Below are positions 45,677 to 54,545 of a DNA stretch of 64,000 nucleotides, piece by piece. The notes below the pieces were generated by a model. It was not told where the DNA came from and searched no databases. It saw only the letters and a list, made by a program, of their open reading frames with translations. Origin of the DNA: Candidatus Kerfeldbacteria bacterium (GTDB lineage Bacteria > Patescibacteriota > Patescibacteriia > SBBC01 > CAIJZX01). The stretch is from the NCBI GenBank assembly GCA_963731735.1, contig CAVSWO010000001.1:761-64760 (forward strand), read 5' to 3'. Within the stretch, counting starts at the first letter, position 1. Each line of letters begins with the position of its first letter. The position numbers were made by a program, and so were the translations under genes.

Positions 45677-46099
45677 ATGCATAAGCTCGGCTGGGTTTTT
45701 GTTCTGATCGGTCTGTTCGGAATCGGGAACCGCCTGCAGGCCGCGACGGTCGATCTGCCAAACTATTACCGGTACCAGGTTGGTCCGAATATTTGGCGGA
45801 CGGATGTGCCGTTGTTTACGCTGCGTGCTTGGGGTGATACCGTCGCCTTCCGGTTACGGTCGGACGCGTTTGCGCGTTTTGTGGCTGAGTCAAGTTTCCC
45901 CGATACGATGCATTTCGATTTACAGACGGAATTCCTGCGCTATGATCAGGCGCCGACTGGTCACCTCTGGCGCGGTCCGTATCTAACCACCGATGGCGAT
46001 CTCGACCAAATCCGGATGCGAGCCTACCGATCCCAACCGCGACTGGAACAGATCCAGCTGCGCCTGCCATTCAAGCCGTCCCACCCACGCCAACCGTAA
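45677..46099 (+). CDS. secreted hypothetical protein
   Basis: AAGGAGGG 5 nt upstream of the ATG at 45677. Signal peptide MHKLGWVFVLIGLFGIGNRLQAATV. Confidence 0.6.
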   Translation: MHKLGWVFVLIGLFGIGNRLQAATVDLPNYYRYQVGPNIWRTDVPLFTLRAWGDTVAFRLRSDAFARFVAESSFPDTMHFDLQTEFLRYDQAPTGHLWRGPYLTTDGDLDQIRMRAYRSQPRLEQIQLRLPFKPSHPRQP

Positions 46100-46174
46100 T
46101 CGGTTGGCTTTTATATTGCATCCGCCCGGGGTAGGAAATTTTGGCCGGATAGTATATACTCAAACCGGAGGTAT

Positions 46175-47023
46175 ATGTATATGGCAACCGCTAAAAAGAA
46201 AACTCGAACAGCAAAAATTACCAATTCGTCGTCCAAGCCGGCAGAAAAAGCTCTACCCGCCTTGGAGCCAAAATTACAGAATCTTCGGGTCTGGAATTGG
46301 TCGATGGCCTTTTTGCATGCCATTTCTGGCAGTCTAATGCTTTGGCTTAGCACGGACTTTCGACTGCCGATCACCACCGCTTTCGTGCAATATAGTCCGA
46401 GCAGTCGAATGCTTGAACCGAATTTGCAAAACTTTGCGGAAGCCCGAATCGGTCCGTTGGTGGCCGGTTTTCTGTTCTTATCAGCGCTGGCGCATTTCCT
46501 GGTGGCCGGACCGTTTTATAAATGGTACACCGAGCATATCGTCAAAGGCATTAACCCGGCTCGCTGGATTGAATATACATTTTCATCATCCTTGATGATT
46601 GTCGTGATCGCCATGCTGGTTGGCGTCTATGATATCGGCACCCTGATCGCTATCTTCGGACTGAACGCGATGATGATTCTCTTCGGGTGGGTGATGGAGC
46701 TCCATAATCAAACCACTCAACGGACTGATTGGACGAGTTTCGTGTTTGGGTCAGTGGCGGGAATAATCCCTTGGATCGTGATTGGCATCTATTTATTTGG
46801 CGCTGGAAACGGCAATGGCGAAGTCCCAACGTTCGTGTACTGGATTTACGGTTCAATATTTGTCTTCTTCAACTGCTTCGCCTTGAATATGGTGCTCCAA
46901 TACAAACGGGTCGGCCGCTGGCAGGACTATTTGTTTGGAGAGAAAACATATCTCATCTTGAGTTTGGTGGCTAAATCACTGCTGGCCTGGCAAGTTTTTG
47001 CCGGTACGCTTCGGCCGGTCTAG
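46175..47023 (+). CDS. heliorhodopsin (inverted-topology microbial rhodopsin)
   Basis: RWIEYTFSSSLMIVVIAMLVG, FGWVMELHNQ, GIIPWIVIGIYLFG and YLILSLVAKSLLAWQVFAGTLRP align closely with heliorhodopsin 48C12, including the TM7 Schiff-base lysine (K267, AAA at 46973-46975). GGAGG spacing favours the second ATG at 46181. Confidence 0.88.
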   Translation: MYMATAKKKTRTAKITNSSSKPAEKALPALEPKLQNLRVWNWSMAFLHAISGSLMLWLSTDFRLPITTAFVQYSPSSRMLEPNLQNFAEARIGPLVAGFLFLSALAHFLVAGPFYKWYTEHIVKGINPARWIEYTFSSSLMIVVIAMLVGVYDIGTLIAIFGLNAMMILFGWVMELHNQTTQRTDWTSFVFGSVAGIIPWIVIGIYLFGAGNGNGEVPTFVYWIYGSIFVFFNCFALNMVLQYKRVGRWQDYLFGEKTYLILSLVAKSLLAWQVFAGTLRPV

Positions 47024-47044
47024 TCCGTCAATTGGATTCATACC

Positions 47045-47073
47045 TTGACAGCCGAAGCATCCTTGGGTATAGT
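47045..47073 (+). promoter_or_regulatory. consensus-like sigma70 promoter (TTGACA-17-TATAGT) of the infA-rpoA-rplQ operon
   Basis: TTGACA at 47045-47050 and TATAGT at 47068-47073. About 200 nt of leader follow, with hairpins gcctatcg-gcat-cgataggc (47131-47150) and cgcgga-acatcg-tccgcg. Confidence 0.55.
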
Positions 47074-47185
47074 TTTTTAGTACCTCACGACTTTGTCCCG
47101 TATTTGACGCTAAGACTAGCGAAATTTCGGGCCTATCGGCATCGATAGGCAGGGCAAGTTCGGGGTGCAGATCCTCGATTTTTCG

Positions 47186-47467
47186 ATGTATAAACGACAA
47201 CAGACCAATCGACAAAAAAACGCGGAACATCGTCCGCGGGGTCCGCGAGACCGTACCGATAAAGGGTTTTTAACCTTGACCGGGATGGTGATCGAGGCTC
47301 TGCCAGGCACTATGTTTCGGGTCGAGCTGGAAAATGGGCATACCATTTTGGCTCACCTGGCCGGAAAAATGCGAATGCATCGCATGAAAGTCCTGCCGGG
47401 CGATAAGGTGTCGGTTGAAATGACACCGTACGACCTGACCAAAGGTCGAATCGTCTACCGTCTGTGA
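47186..47467 (+). CDS. infA: translation initiation factor IF-1 (start ambiguous)
   Basis: [55 protein letters not shown] is IF-1. The conserved domain starts near nt 47260. Candidate starts are ATG 47186, TTG 47276 and ATG 47285. Confidence 0.8.
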   Translation: MYKRQQTNRQKNAEHRPRGPRDRTDKGFLTLTGMVIEALPGTMFRVELENGHTILAHLAGKMRMHRMKVLPGDKVSVEMTPYDLTKGRIVYRL

Positions 47468-47479
47468 TTACGACTCTCT

Positions 47480-47596
47480 ATGAAAGTTCGATCATCCGTC
47501 AAAGTTATGTGTAAGAAATGCCGCGTTATTCGACGTGGCAAACGGGTATTGGTTGTTTGTCCAGCCAATCCGAAACATAAGCAACGACAAGGATAA
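47480..47596 (+). CDS. rpmJ: 50S ribosomal protein L36
   Basis: [38 protein letters not shown] (38 aa, zinc ribbon). Not in the supplied ORF track. Confidence 0.9.
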   Translation: MKVRSSVKVMCKKCRVIRRGKRVLVVCPANPKHKQRQG

Positions 47597-47598
47597 CT

Positions 47599-47994
47599 AT
47601 GGCTGCGGTTCGAATTGCTGGAATTACTCTCCCGAACAACAAACGCGTGTTTGTCGCGCTGCAATATATTTACGGCGTGGGACCGCGAGTTGCGCGGGTG
47701 GTATTAAGCGAAGCGAAGATTGAGGACAACCCGAAAGTTGATTCACTGACTGAAGCGCAAGTTATTAAACTTCGTGAACTGGTAGAAAAAAATCATCGGG
47801 TTGAAGGCGATCTGAAACGAGAAATTCTTTTGAATATTAAACGGCTAAAGGAAATTGGGAGCTATCGCGGTGCGCGCCATAGCAAAAATTTACCGACCCG
47901 TGGACAACGAACCAAAACGAATTCACGGACGGTCCGTGGGAACGTCCGGCGTACCATGGGTTCTGGCCGCAAGCCGTCAGCGGAAAAGACCTAA
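47599..47994 (+). CDS. rpsM: 30S ribosomal protein S13
   Basis: MAAVRIAGITLPNNKRVFVALQYIYGVGPRVA... Confidence 0.92.
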   Translation: MAAVRIAGITLPNNKRVFVALQYIYGVGPRVARVVLSEAKIEDNPKVDSLTEAQVIKLRELVEKNHRVEGDLKREILLNIKRLKEIGSYRGARHSKNLPTRGQRTKTNSRTVRGNVRRTMGSGRKPSAEKT

Positions 47995-48003
47995 ACTATA
48001 TTT

Positions 48004-48483
48004 ATGAACGATCAAGAAGTTACCAAACCCGTCGCCAACGCAAACGAGCCGACCGCCGAAACGCCGGTTGAAGCCGGGCCGCCGGCCAAGGTTGAAGCGA
48101 CGCCGAAGACCGCCAAGAAGGGCAAGAAAAAAAAGTTTGTCCAGTCTGGTTTGGCGCATATTCAAGCCACCTACAACAATACCATCGTGACTATCTCAGA
48201 TCCGCAAGGGAATGTTTTGGCCTGGAGTTCGGCCGGCAAAGTTGGTTTCCGGGGTCCGAAAAAAAGTACACCATACGCCGCTTCGGTTATCGTCCGCGAC
48301 CTGGTTGAACGCGTCAAACCGATGGGTCTGAAACAAGTTGATGTATTCATTACGGGTGTCGGTCTCGGCCGGGAAGCCGCGGTTCGCGCCCTGGCCGCCC
48401 AAGGATTAACGATTTCTTCCATTAAGGACCAAACGCCGGCGCCCCACAATGGGCCACGCCCGCCGAAAGTCCGTCGCGTTTAA
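48004..48483 (+). CDS. rpsK: 30S ribosomal protein S11 with a ~40-aa low-complexity N-terminal extension
   Basis: Core [43 protein letters not shown]... preceded by a [18 protein letters not shown] tail. Confidence 0.9.
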   Translation: MNDQEVTKPVANANEPTAETPVEAGPPAKVEATPKTAKKGKKKKFVQSGLAHIQATYNNTIVTISDPQGNVLAWSSAGKVGFRGPKKSTPYAASVIVRDLVERVKPMGLKQVDVFITGVGLGREAAVRALAAQGLTISSIKDQTPAPHNGPRPPKVRRV

Positions 48484-48488
48484 CTTCT

Positions 48489-49106
48489 ATGGCACGTCGT
48501 GTCGGCTCAAAAATAAAGCTTTCTCGCCGCTATGGTCAGGCCTTGTTTGGTACGGCCAAAGAGGCGAAAGTTATGCAACGTCGGCCATATGCGCCGGGTC
48601 AACATGGTCCAAACTCGCGCAGCCGGGTATCTGAATATGGGTTACAGCTGCGGGAAAAGCAGAAGGCCAAAATCATGTATGGTCTGCTGGAGCGTCAATT
48701 TCGAAAATATTATGAAGATGCGTTTCGAAAAACCGGCGATACGGGCGCTTTACTCTTAGAGTCCCTCGAACGACGGTTGGATAACGTCGTCTATCGTCTC
48801 GGTTTCGGCAGCACCCGGCAACAGGCGCGACAACTGGTTAGCCATGGACACATTACGGTCAACGGACGGCGAGTCGATATTCCTTCCTATCGGGTCACCG
48901 TCGGGGAGGTTGTCAAAATTCGTGACCAAAGCGCCCAAAAGAAATATTTCACCGATCAAGCCAAAACCTTAGAGAATTTTGAAGCGCCAGCCTGGCTCGA
49001 ACTCGATAAATCGGCGATGGCCGGGAAAGTGCTGAGTCTGCCGGCGGGTGATCAGTTGGAAGCCAATATCAATTCTCAGCTGATTGTTGAATTCTACTCC
49101 CGATAA
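48489..49106 (+). CDS. rpsD: 30S ribosomal protein S4
   Basis: [21 protein letters not shown]..., with an S4 domain [14 protein letters not shown]. Confidence 0.92.
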   Translation: MARRVGSKIKLSRRYGQALFGTAKEAKVMQRRPYAPGQHGPNSRSRVSEYGLQLREKQKAKIMYGLLERQFRKYYEDAFRKTGDTGALLLESLERRLDNVVYRLGFGSTRQQARQLVSHGHITVNGRRVDIPSYRVTVGEVVKIRDQSAQKKYFTDQAKTLENFEAPAWLELDKSAMAGKVLSLPAGDQLEANINSQLIVEFYSR

Positions 49107-49136
49107 TTTTTTGCAAATATTTATTAACCAACGCGT

Positions 49137-49982
49137 ATGAAATCTATTCCGCTCCCCAAATCTTTGTCCGAGCAAGCGGGTGATGGGAACCATCAAGCTA
49201 CTTTTATAATCGAACCGCTGTATCCAGGGTATGGCATGACGATTGGTAATACCTTGCGACGAGTTTTACTTTCGTCGCTTCCCGGCGCGGCTATCACCGC
49301 CGTCAAGGTCGAAGGTGCTGATCACGAGTTTTCCGGTCTGCCGCACGTTAAAGAAGATTTGGTAGATATTATTTTAAACTTGAAACAAGTCCGGCTGAAA
49401 CTGCATGGTAACGAGCCGGTGACCGTCCAGTTGAAAGTTTCTGGAGCCAAGACCGTTACCGCGGCTGATATCGCAAAAAATGCCGAGGTTGAAGTCGTCA
49501 GCCCCGACCAGGTGATTGCCACGCTGACGGATAAAGCCGCCAATCTCGATATGGAACTGACGGTTGCTCCGGGTCGCGGGTATATTCCGGTCGAAGCGCG
49601 CGAAAAAGAAAAATTGCCGATCGGCACGATCGCAATTGACGCGATTTATACCCCGGTAAAAAACGTAAATTTTGATACCGAACATGTGCGGGTTGAACAG
49701 ATGACCAACTTTGACAAGTTGAGCTTGCATATTACGACTGATGGATCGATTACGCCGGCCGAGGCGTTGCGCCAAGCGGCTGAAATCATGGTAGCGCATT
49801 TCCAGTTTGTGCTGGATGGCCCAACCCCAGAAGTCGAACCGATAGTGATTGATGAAGCCGCGACTGAACCAACCGAACCAGCCGAACCAGTCGAAGCCCC
49901 AGCCGATCCGGTTGCAGAAGAGAAGCCGAAGAAGAAAGCGGCTAAAAAAAAGAAAGACGAGACTGAAGGAACTGAGGACTAG
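49137..49982 (+). CDS. rpoA: DNA-directed RNA polymerase subunit alpha, N-terminal domain only (no alpha-CTD)
   Basis: The alpha-NTD is conserved (TIGNTLRRVLLSSLPGAAIT...). After ~aa 230 comes an acidic/Pro linker and a KKKAAKKKK tail, then the stop. No helix-hairpin-helix CTD, and rplQ follows 5 nt later. Confidence 0.85.
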   Translation: MKSIPLPKSLSEQAGDGNHQATFIIEPLYPGYGMTIGNTLRRVLLSSLPGAAITAVKVEGADHEFSGLPHVKEDLVDIILNLKQVRLKLHGNEPVTVQLKVSGAKTVTAADIAKNAEVEVVSPDQVIATLTDKAANLDMELTVAPGRGYIPVEAREKEKLPIGTIAIDAIYTPVKNVNFDTEHVRVEQMTNFDKLSLHITTDGSITPAEALRQAAEIMVAHFQFVLDGPTPEVEPIVIDEAATEPTEPAEPVEAPADPVAEEKPKKKAAKKKKDETEGTED

Positions 49983-49987
49983 TTTGC

Positions 49988-50341
49988 ATGCGCCATCGCA
50001 AGACAAACGCCACGCTCGATCGAAATAGCGCCCAGCGCCAACGGCTGATCCGGAACTTGGCATTGTCTTTGGTAACGCACGGCAAAATTGTTACCACCCG
50101 CGCCCGCGCCCGGGTTGTCCGGTCATATGTTGAGAAACTGATTACCACCGGCAAGCAGAAAGATCTGGCTCATCGCCGACAAATACTCCGCTACCTACCA
50201 AACGCGCGAGCGGCTGAAAAGATTCTGTCCGAGCTGAGCCCGAAATTTCTTGAACGTCGTGGTGGCTATACCCGAGTGGTCAAAATGAACCGCCGGGCCG
50301 GCGACGGAGCGGAACAAGTCGTGATTGAATTTGTAGCTTAA
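49988..50341 (+). CDS. rplQ: 50S ribosomal protein L17
   Basis: MRHRKTNATLDRNSAQRQRLIRNLALSLVTHGKIVTT... Confidence 0.92.
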   Translation: MRHRKTNATLDRNSAQRQRLIRNLALSLVTHGKIVTTRARARVVRSYVEKLITTGKQKDLAHRRQILRYLPNARAAEKILSELSPKFLERRGGYTRVVKMNRRAGDGAEQVVIEFVA

Positions 50342-50345
50342 CGAT

Positions 50346-50687
50346 ATGCGAATTATTGAAATTGACGCTACGAATAAGATTCTGGGGCGGCTGGCTACCC
50401 GGATCGCCGAAGAGTTGCGCGGGAAAAACCTCACGACTTTTCGGCCTGATCGTTTACCGGACGTGACGGTCAAAGTCTCCAATGTTTCAAAACTCAAAGT
50501 GTCCGGACAGAAGTTAGCACAAAAGAAATATCACCGATATTCCGGCTATCCGGGCGGATTGAAGACCGAGACCTTGGCCATCGCGATGGCCAAACATCCA
50601 GACCGTGTCTTGATGCTGGCTGTCAAACGAATGTTGCCTGATAACCGACTGCGAGCCGTGATGCTTAAACGTTTGATCATTTCCTAA
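50346..50687 (+). CDS. rplM: 50S ribosomal protein L13 (short form)
   Basis: ATNKILGRLATRIAEELRGK...AVKRMLP. Confidence 0.85.
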   Translation: MRIIEIDATNKILGRLATRIAEELRGKNLTTFRPDRLPDVTVKVSNVSKLKVSGQKLAQKKYHRYSGYPGGLKTETLAIAMAKHPDRVLMLAVKRMLPDNRLRAVMLKRLIIS

Positions 50688-50689
50688 CC

Positions 50690-51214
50690 ATGCCAACCAA
50701 ACCTGTCACAAAAAAAACCACCAAGCCGCGTTCAACGGTCAAACGCGCCTCGACTCGGAAAAAGGCTGCAACTCCTGCCTCAGCGCCAGCCACCCGCCCG
50801 GCCGCGCATAAACGAGCCGTCAAACGGACCTATACCTTCGCCGTCGGCCGCCGCAAGGAAGCGATTGCGCGCGTGCGTTGGCAGGCTGAAGGGAAGGGTG
50901 AAATGACCGTGAACGGACGGACACTGGCAGAATATTTTCCGGTGATTGAACAGCAACAACTGGTCCGGTCGCCGTTGACGCTGACCCAGCTGGAGCAAGC
51001 TGGCTCAATTACCGTCAAAGTCGCCGGGGGCGGCAGCCAGGGACAAGCCGAAGCGGTGCGGCTGGGGATTGCTCGCGTGCTGGTGATTCGTGATGCCGAT
51101 CTTCGTTTAGTGCTGAAACGAGCTGGATTCCTGCGACGCGACCCGCGGGTCAAGGAACGGAAGAAATACGGTCTTAAGCGCGCCCGGCGCGCGCCGCAGT
51201 GGCAGAAGCGCTAA
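50690..51214 (+). CDS. rpsI: 30S ribosomal protein S9 with a ~45-aa basic/Ala-Pro-rich N-terminal extension
   Basis: C-terminal RRDPRVKERKKYGLKRARRAPQWQKR is the S9 signature tail. Confidence 0.9.
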   Translation: MPTKPVTKKTTKPRSTVKRASTRKKAATPASAPATRPAAHKRAVKRTYTFAVGRRKEAIARVRWQAEGKGEMTVNGRTLAEYFPVIEQQQLVRSPLTLTQLEQAGSITVKVAGGGSQGQAEAVRLGIARVLVIRDADLRLVLKRAGFLRRDPRVKERKKYGLKRARRAPQWQKR

Positions 51215-51228
51215 GCGCCTGCTACACT

Positions 51229-52710
51229 ATGGGTATGGACAGCGCGCCAGCCCAATCTGCCGGCAATCGAATTGCTCGCAACACGACCTATTTAACCGGG
51301 GCCCTGATTGGGCAGAAGGTTTTGTCGTTTCTGTACGTTTTGATTTTGGCGCGCCTGGTCGGTGTTTCGATTACCGGCGATTACTTCAGCGCCTTGTCGT
51401 TCATGACGCTGTTCATGATCTTCATCGATTTTGGTCTGACCACGGCCTTTATACGACAAACAGCCCGTAACCGCGCTGAAGGCCAAGCCGACTTTAACTA
51501 CGTCATCACCTTTAAAGTCATCACCTCAATTTTAGTGGTGGCCGCCCTGCTCGGGACAGTGACCTTGCTGGAAGCGATGGGCCGGGGTCATCCGGATATC
51601 GCTTTTGTACGTTGGGCGGCGATTGTGATGGTGGTCGATTCGTTTACCCAAACACTCTACGGGTATTTTCGAGGCGTGCAATTGCTGCAGTATGAGTCAA
51701 TTGGTACGCTCTTACATCGGGTGATGGTTATGCTGGTTGGTATTACCGGGCTGATTCTCGGGGCAAATCCGATTATCACCATGATCGCCTTGCTGGCCGG
51801 CAGTTTTTCAAATTTTCTCTATGCCGCCTTCCACCTCTGGCGACACGGAGTTCACTGGACGCCGAGTATCAATTGGCCGATTCTCCGACGATTATTGACC
51901 ATCGCTATCCCGTTTGGGATTGCCGGTGTCTTTACTTCTATTTACGCCAGCAGTGATAATGTCTTGTTGTCGATCTTTACGGACCAACGTGCGGTCGGAC
52001 TGTATGCGCTGGCCGCTAAAATAATTTTAGCATTTCAGATAATTCCCCAGGGACTGGTCGCCGCCACGTTTCCGGCCATGAGCTCAGCCTTTGTTGATAA
52101 TCGTGATCGGTTAACGAAAATTTTTCAATATTCGATGCAGTATTTGATGGTCTTTGCGATCCCGCTGATGGTGGTACTCTTTTTATTAGCCGATCAAATT
52201 ATTATTTTAGGCTGGGGCCAGGTTTGGCTGGACGCGGTTTGGCCACTTCGATTTCTGGCTTTAGGTTTGCCATTTTTATTTTTAAATTTCCCGGTTGGAC
52301 ATTTATTGAATGCTTCAAACCAACAGACTCGGAATACCATCAACATCGCGATTACCGTGGTGGTCAATATTATCCTGAACCTCGTCTTTATTGAACGCTA
52401 TGGATATCAATCGGTGACGGTGGTGGCCTTAATCTCGTCCGCCCTGTTGTTTAGCCTAGGTTTATGGTATGTCCGACGAGTGATTACCATTCCGACGAGG
52501 ATCCTCTTGGTGACCCTAGGCAAAACCTTAGCGGCCGGGGTCATTTTGGCCCTGTTTGGGTGGTGGCTGATTCCGCAACTGAACGGCCGGGCCGGGGTGG
52601 TGACGGCCGCGGTCTTGATGGCATCGCTCTACGTGCTGCTAATATTTGCCTTACGAATTATCCGTCAACAAGATCTGCACGGGTTAGTTCGGCGGCTGCG
52701 CCGATCATGA
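51229..52710 (+). CDS. polysaccharide/oligosaccharide flippase (Wzx, MOP superfamily)
   Basis: About 14 TM and an N-terminal NTTYLTGALIGQKVLSFLYVLILARLVG typical of Wzx/polysaccharide biosynthesis proteins. ATG at 51229. Confidence 0.8.
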   Translation: MGMDSAPAQSAGNRIARNTTYLTGALIGQKVLSFLYVLILARLVGVSITGDYFSALSFMTLFMIFIDFGLTTAFIRQTARNRAEGQADFNYVITFKVITSILVVAALLGTVTLLEAMGRGHPDIAFVRWAAIVMVVDSFTQTLYGYFRGVQLLQYESIGTLLHRVMVMLVGITGLILGANPIITMIALLAGSFSNFLYAAFHLWRHGVHWTPSINWPILRRLLTIAIPFGIAGVFTSIYASSDNVLLSIFTDQRAVGLYALAAKIILAFQIIPQGLVAATFPAMSSAFVDNRDRLTKIFQYSMQYLMVFAIPLMVVLFLLADQIIILGWGQVWLDAVWPLRFLALGLPFLFLNFPVGHLLNASNQQTRNTINIAITVVVNIILNLVFIERYGYQSVTVVALISSALLFSLGLWYVRRVITIPTRILLVTLGKTLAAGVILALFGWWLIPQLNGRAGVVTAAVLMASLYVLLIFALRIIRQQDLHGLVRRLRRS

Positions 52711-54509
52711 AGCGCGTAGTATTTTTAACAGAATTTTTTCCGCCGGCATATGGCGGAATTCAATGGACCAGCCAAGTAGCGGCCCAGGCGCTTGGTCCGG
52801 ATTTGCTGGTGGTGGCCCCGCCCCAAACCGGATCAGTGGATTTTGATCGATTACAGCCGTACAGCATCATCCGACGATCACTATTTTCGGGTCGGCATTG
52901 GCCGCGCTGGTGGTGGCTGGTTGGATGGCTCAAGAAACAGCATCGCGCGGGAACGGAAATTGTGTTATTTGGGCATTACAGTGCGGCCGTGTTGGCCGGC
53001 TGGATCGTCCATTTTTTTGGATTGCGGTATGCCGTGATGATTCACGGCCGGGATGTATTAGTTGAACAGCGCCGATTACCTAGCTGGCTGATTGGTTCAA
53101 GTCTTCGAGCCGCCGATTGGATTGGTGTGAATAGTACGTTTACCGGCAATCTGGTTCGGGTGTACAACGTCCCAAACAGTAAAATAGTTGCGACGCATCC
53201 GGCGGTGGCGGTGCAAACAATCAATCGACCGTCGCAAGCCCCACTCGCTTTGATTACTATTTGCCGCTTGGTGGCCCGAAAAAATGTGGCCAACACTCTG
53301 CAGGCTATGGCGGTACTGCGTTCTCGATTTCCGAACTTGCAATTACAGGTCATTGGTGATGGTTCAGAGCGTCCAGCCCTGGAGGCCTTGGCGCTCAAAT
53401 TGGGTATCAATTCGCAAGTGCATTTTCACGGCTGGGTAGATGAAAAGCGTAAACAGGCGTTACTCGCCCAAAGTTCGATCGCGGTTATGGTTCCGCGCGA
53501 GCGAGAAGCGGGGACCGATGTTGAAGGTTTAGGAATATTTTATTTGGAGGCGGCCGCCCATGGCTTACCCCTAATTGCGAGTCCAACCGGGGGAGTCAGG
53601 GACGTGGTCCAACCAGCCGTAACCGGGAAACTTGTCCCGGCTGATGATCCGAAGGCTTTGGCTGCAGCCATCGGCCAACTCCTTGAGTCTCCGGAGCAGT
53701 TGCGGCAACTTGGCCAGCGCGCGCACGACCTGGTAAAAACCGAATGGAGCCTAGAGGTGCGAAATCGCCGACTACGGGCTTTGGTTGAACGGGCGGCCAT
53801 GGCTCAGGCGCCAAAAATATCGGTGATCATCCCGACCTATCAATCGGCGACTACCATCGGCGAGACGCTCCGCGACTTAGCGAATCAAACCTGGCCGAAT
53901 ACAGAAATTATCGTGGTGGATGATGGTTCGACTGATAACTTAGCGGAGGCGATCGCCGCTTGGAAGCACCAGCTGCTATTCATGCAACAACCCCATAGCG
54001 GTGCGCCGGTGGCCCGCAATGCCGGCGCCGCCAAGGCGAGCGGGGAGTATTTGCTATTTTTGGATGCTGACACCCGGTTGCAACCGACGATGCTGACCGA
54101 GATGGCTGTCGCATTATTGACTCATCCGGAAGCAACCTGGGTCTATAGCGATTTTATTTTTGGGCCAAAACATTTTCACCTGTGGGAGTATTCGAAAAAG
54201 AAATTGGCACAGATGAATTATATCCATACCTCCTCGTTACTTCGGGCAACTGCTTTTCCCGGATTTGATCCGTCCTTAAAAAAATTTCAAGATTGGGATT
54301 TGTGGTTGACGCTGGCCAGTCAAAAACATCAGGGTCTTTGGATTCCATCCACCCTTTTTCGGGTGCAACAGCGGGCCGGCGGTATGAGCAGTTGGTTGCC
54401 GAAAATCGTTTATCAGCTACCGGGACTCGGCCAAGGGCAGGGGAGCGCCACCATCCGAAAATATCGGGAGGCCGAGGCGGTAATACGCAGCAAGCACCAG
54501 TTATCCTGA
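52707..54509 (+). CDS. bifunctional glycosyltransferase: GT4 N-terminal domain fused to a GT2 C-terminal domain
   Basis: GT4 E-x7-E region EGLGIFYLEAAAHGLPLIASPTGGVRDVV. GT2 ISVIIPTYQSATTIGETL...VVDDGSTD...FLDADT. ATGA overlap with the flippase. Confidence 0.85.
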   Translation: MKRVVFLTEFFPPAYGGIQWTSQVAAQALGPDLLVVAPPQTGSVDFDRLQPYSIIRRSLFSGRHWPRWWWLVGWLKKQHRAGTEIVLFGHYSAAVLAGWIVHFFGLRYAVMIHGRDVLVEQRRLPSWLIGSSLRAADWIGVNSTFTGNLVRVYNVPNSKIVATHPAVAVQTINRPSQAPLALITICRLVARKNVANTLQAMAVLRSRFPNLQLQVIGDGSERPALEALALKLGINSQVHFHGWVDEKRKQALLAQSSIAVMVPREREAGTDVEGLGIFYLEAAAHGLPLIASPTGGVRDVVQPAVTGKLVPADDPKALAAAIGQLLESPEQLRQLGQRAHDLVKTEWSLEVRNRRLRALVERAAMAQAPKISVIIPTYQSATTIGETLRDLANQTWPNTEIIVVDDGSTDNLAEAIAAWKHQLLFMQQPHSGAPVARNAGAAKASGEYLLFLDADTRLQPTMLTEMAVALLTHPEATWVYSDFIFGPKHFHLWEYSKKKLAQMNYIHTSSLLRATAFPGFDPSLKKFQDWDLWLTLASQKHQGLWIPSTLFRVQQRAGGMSSWLPKIVYQLPGLGQGQGSATIRKYREAEAVIRSKHQLS

Positions 54510-54538
54510 TTGCCAGTTTGCCCTGATTTTGGTAGTAT
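54510..54538 (+). promoter_or_regulatory. internal promoter TTGCCA-17-TAGTAT predicting a leaderless transcript for the next GT2 gene
   Basis: -35 at 54510-54515 and -10 at 54533-54538. The ATG at 54546 is 8 nt after the -10. Confidence 0.4.
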
Positions 54539-54545
54539 CGGTTGC

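Noticed and set aside
46100-46174. Possible dedicated promoter for the heliorhodopsin (TTGCAT ... TATACT).
   Set aside because: Hexamer spacing is wrong (33 nt or under 10 nt). The gene is more likely co-transcribed with the upstream secreted-protein gene or uses an unrecognised promoter.
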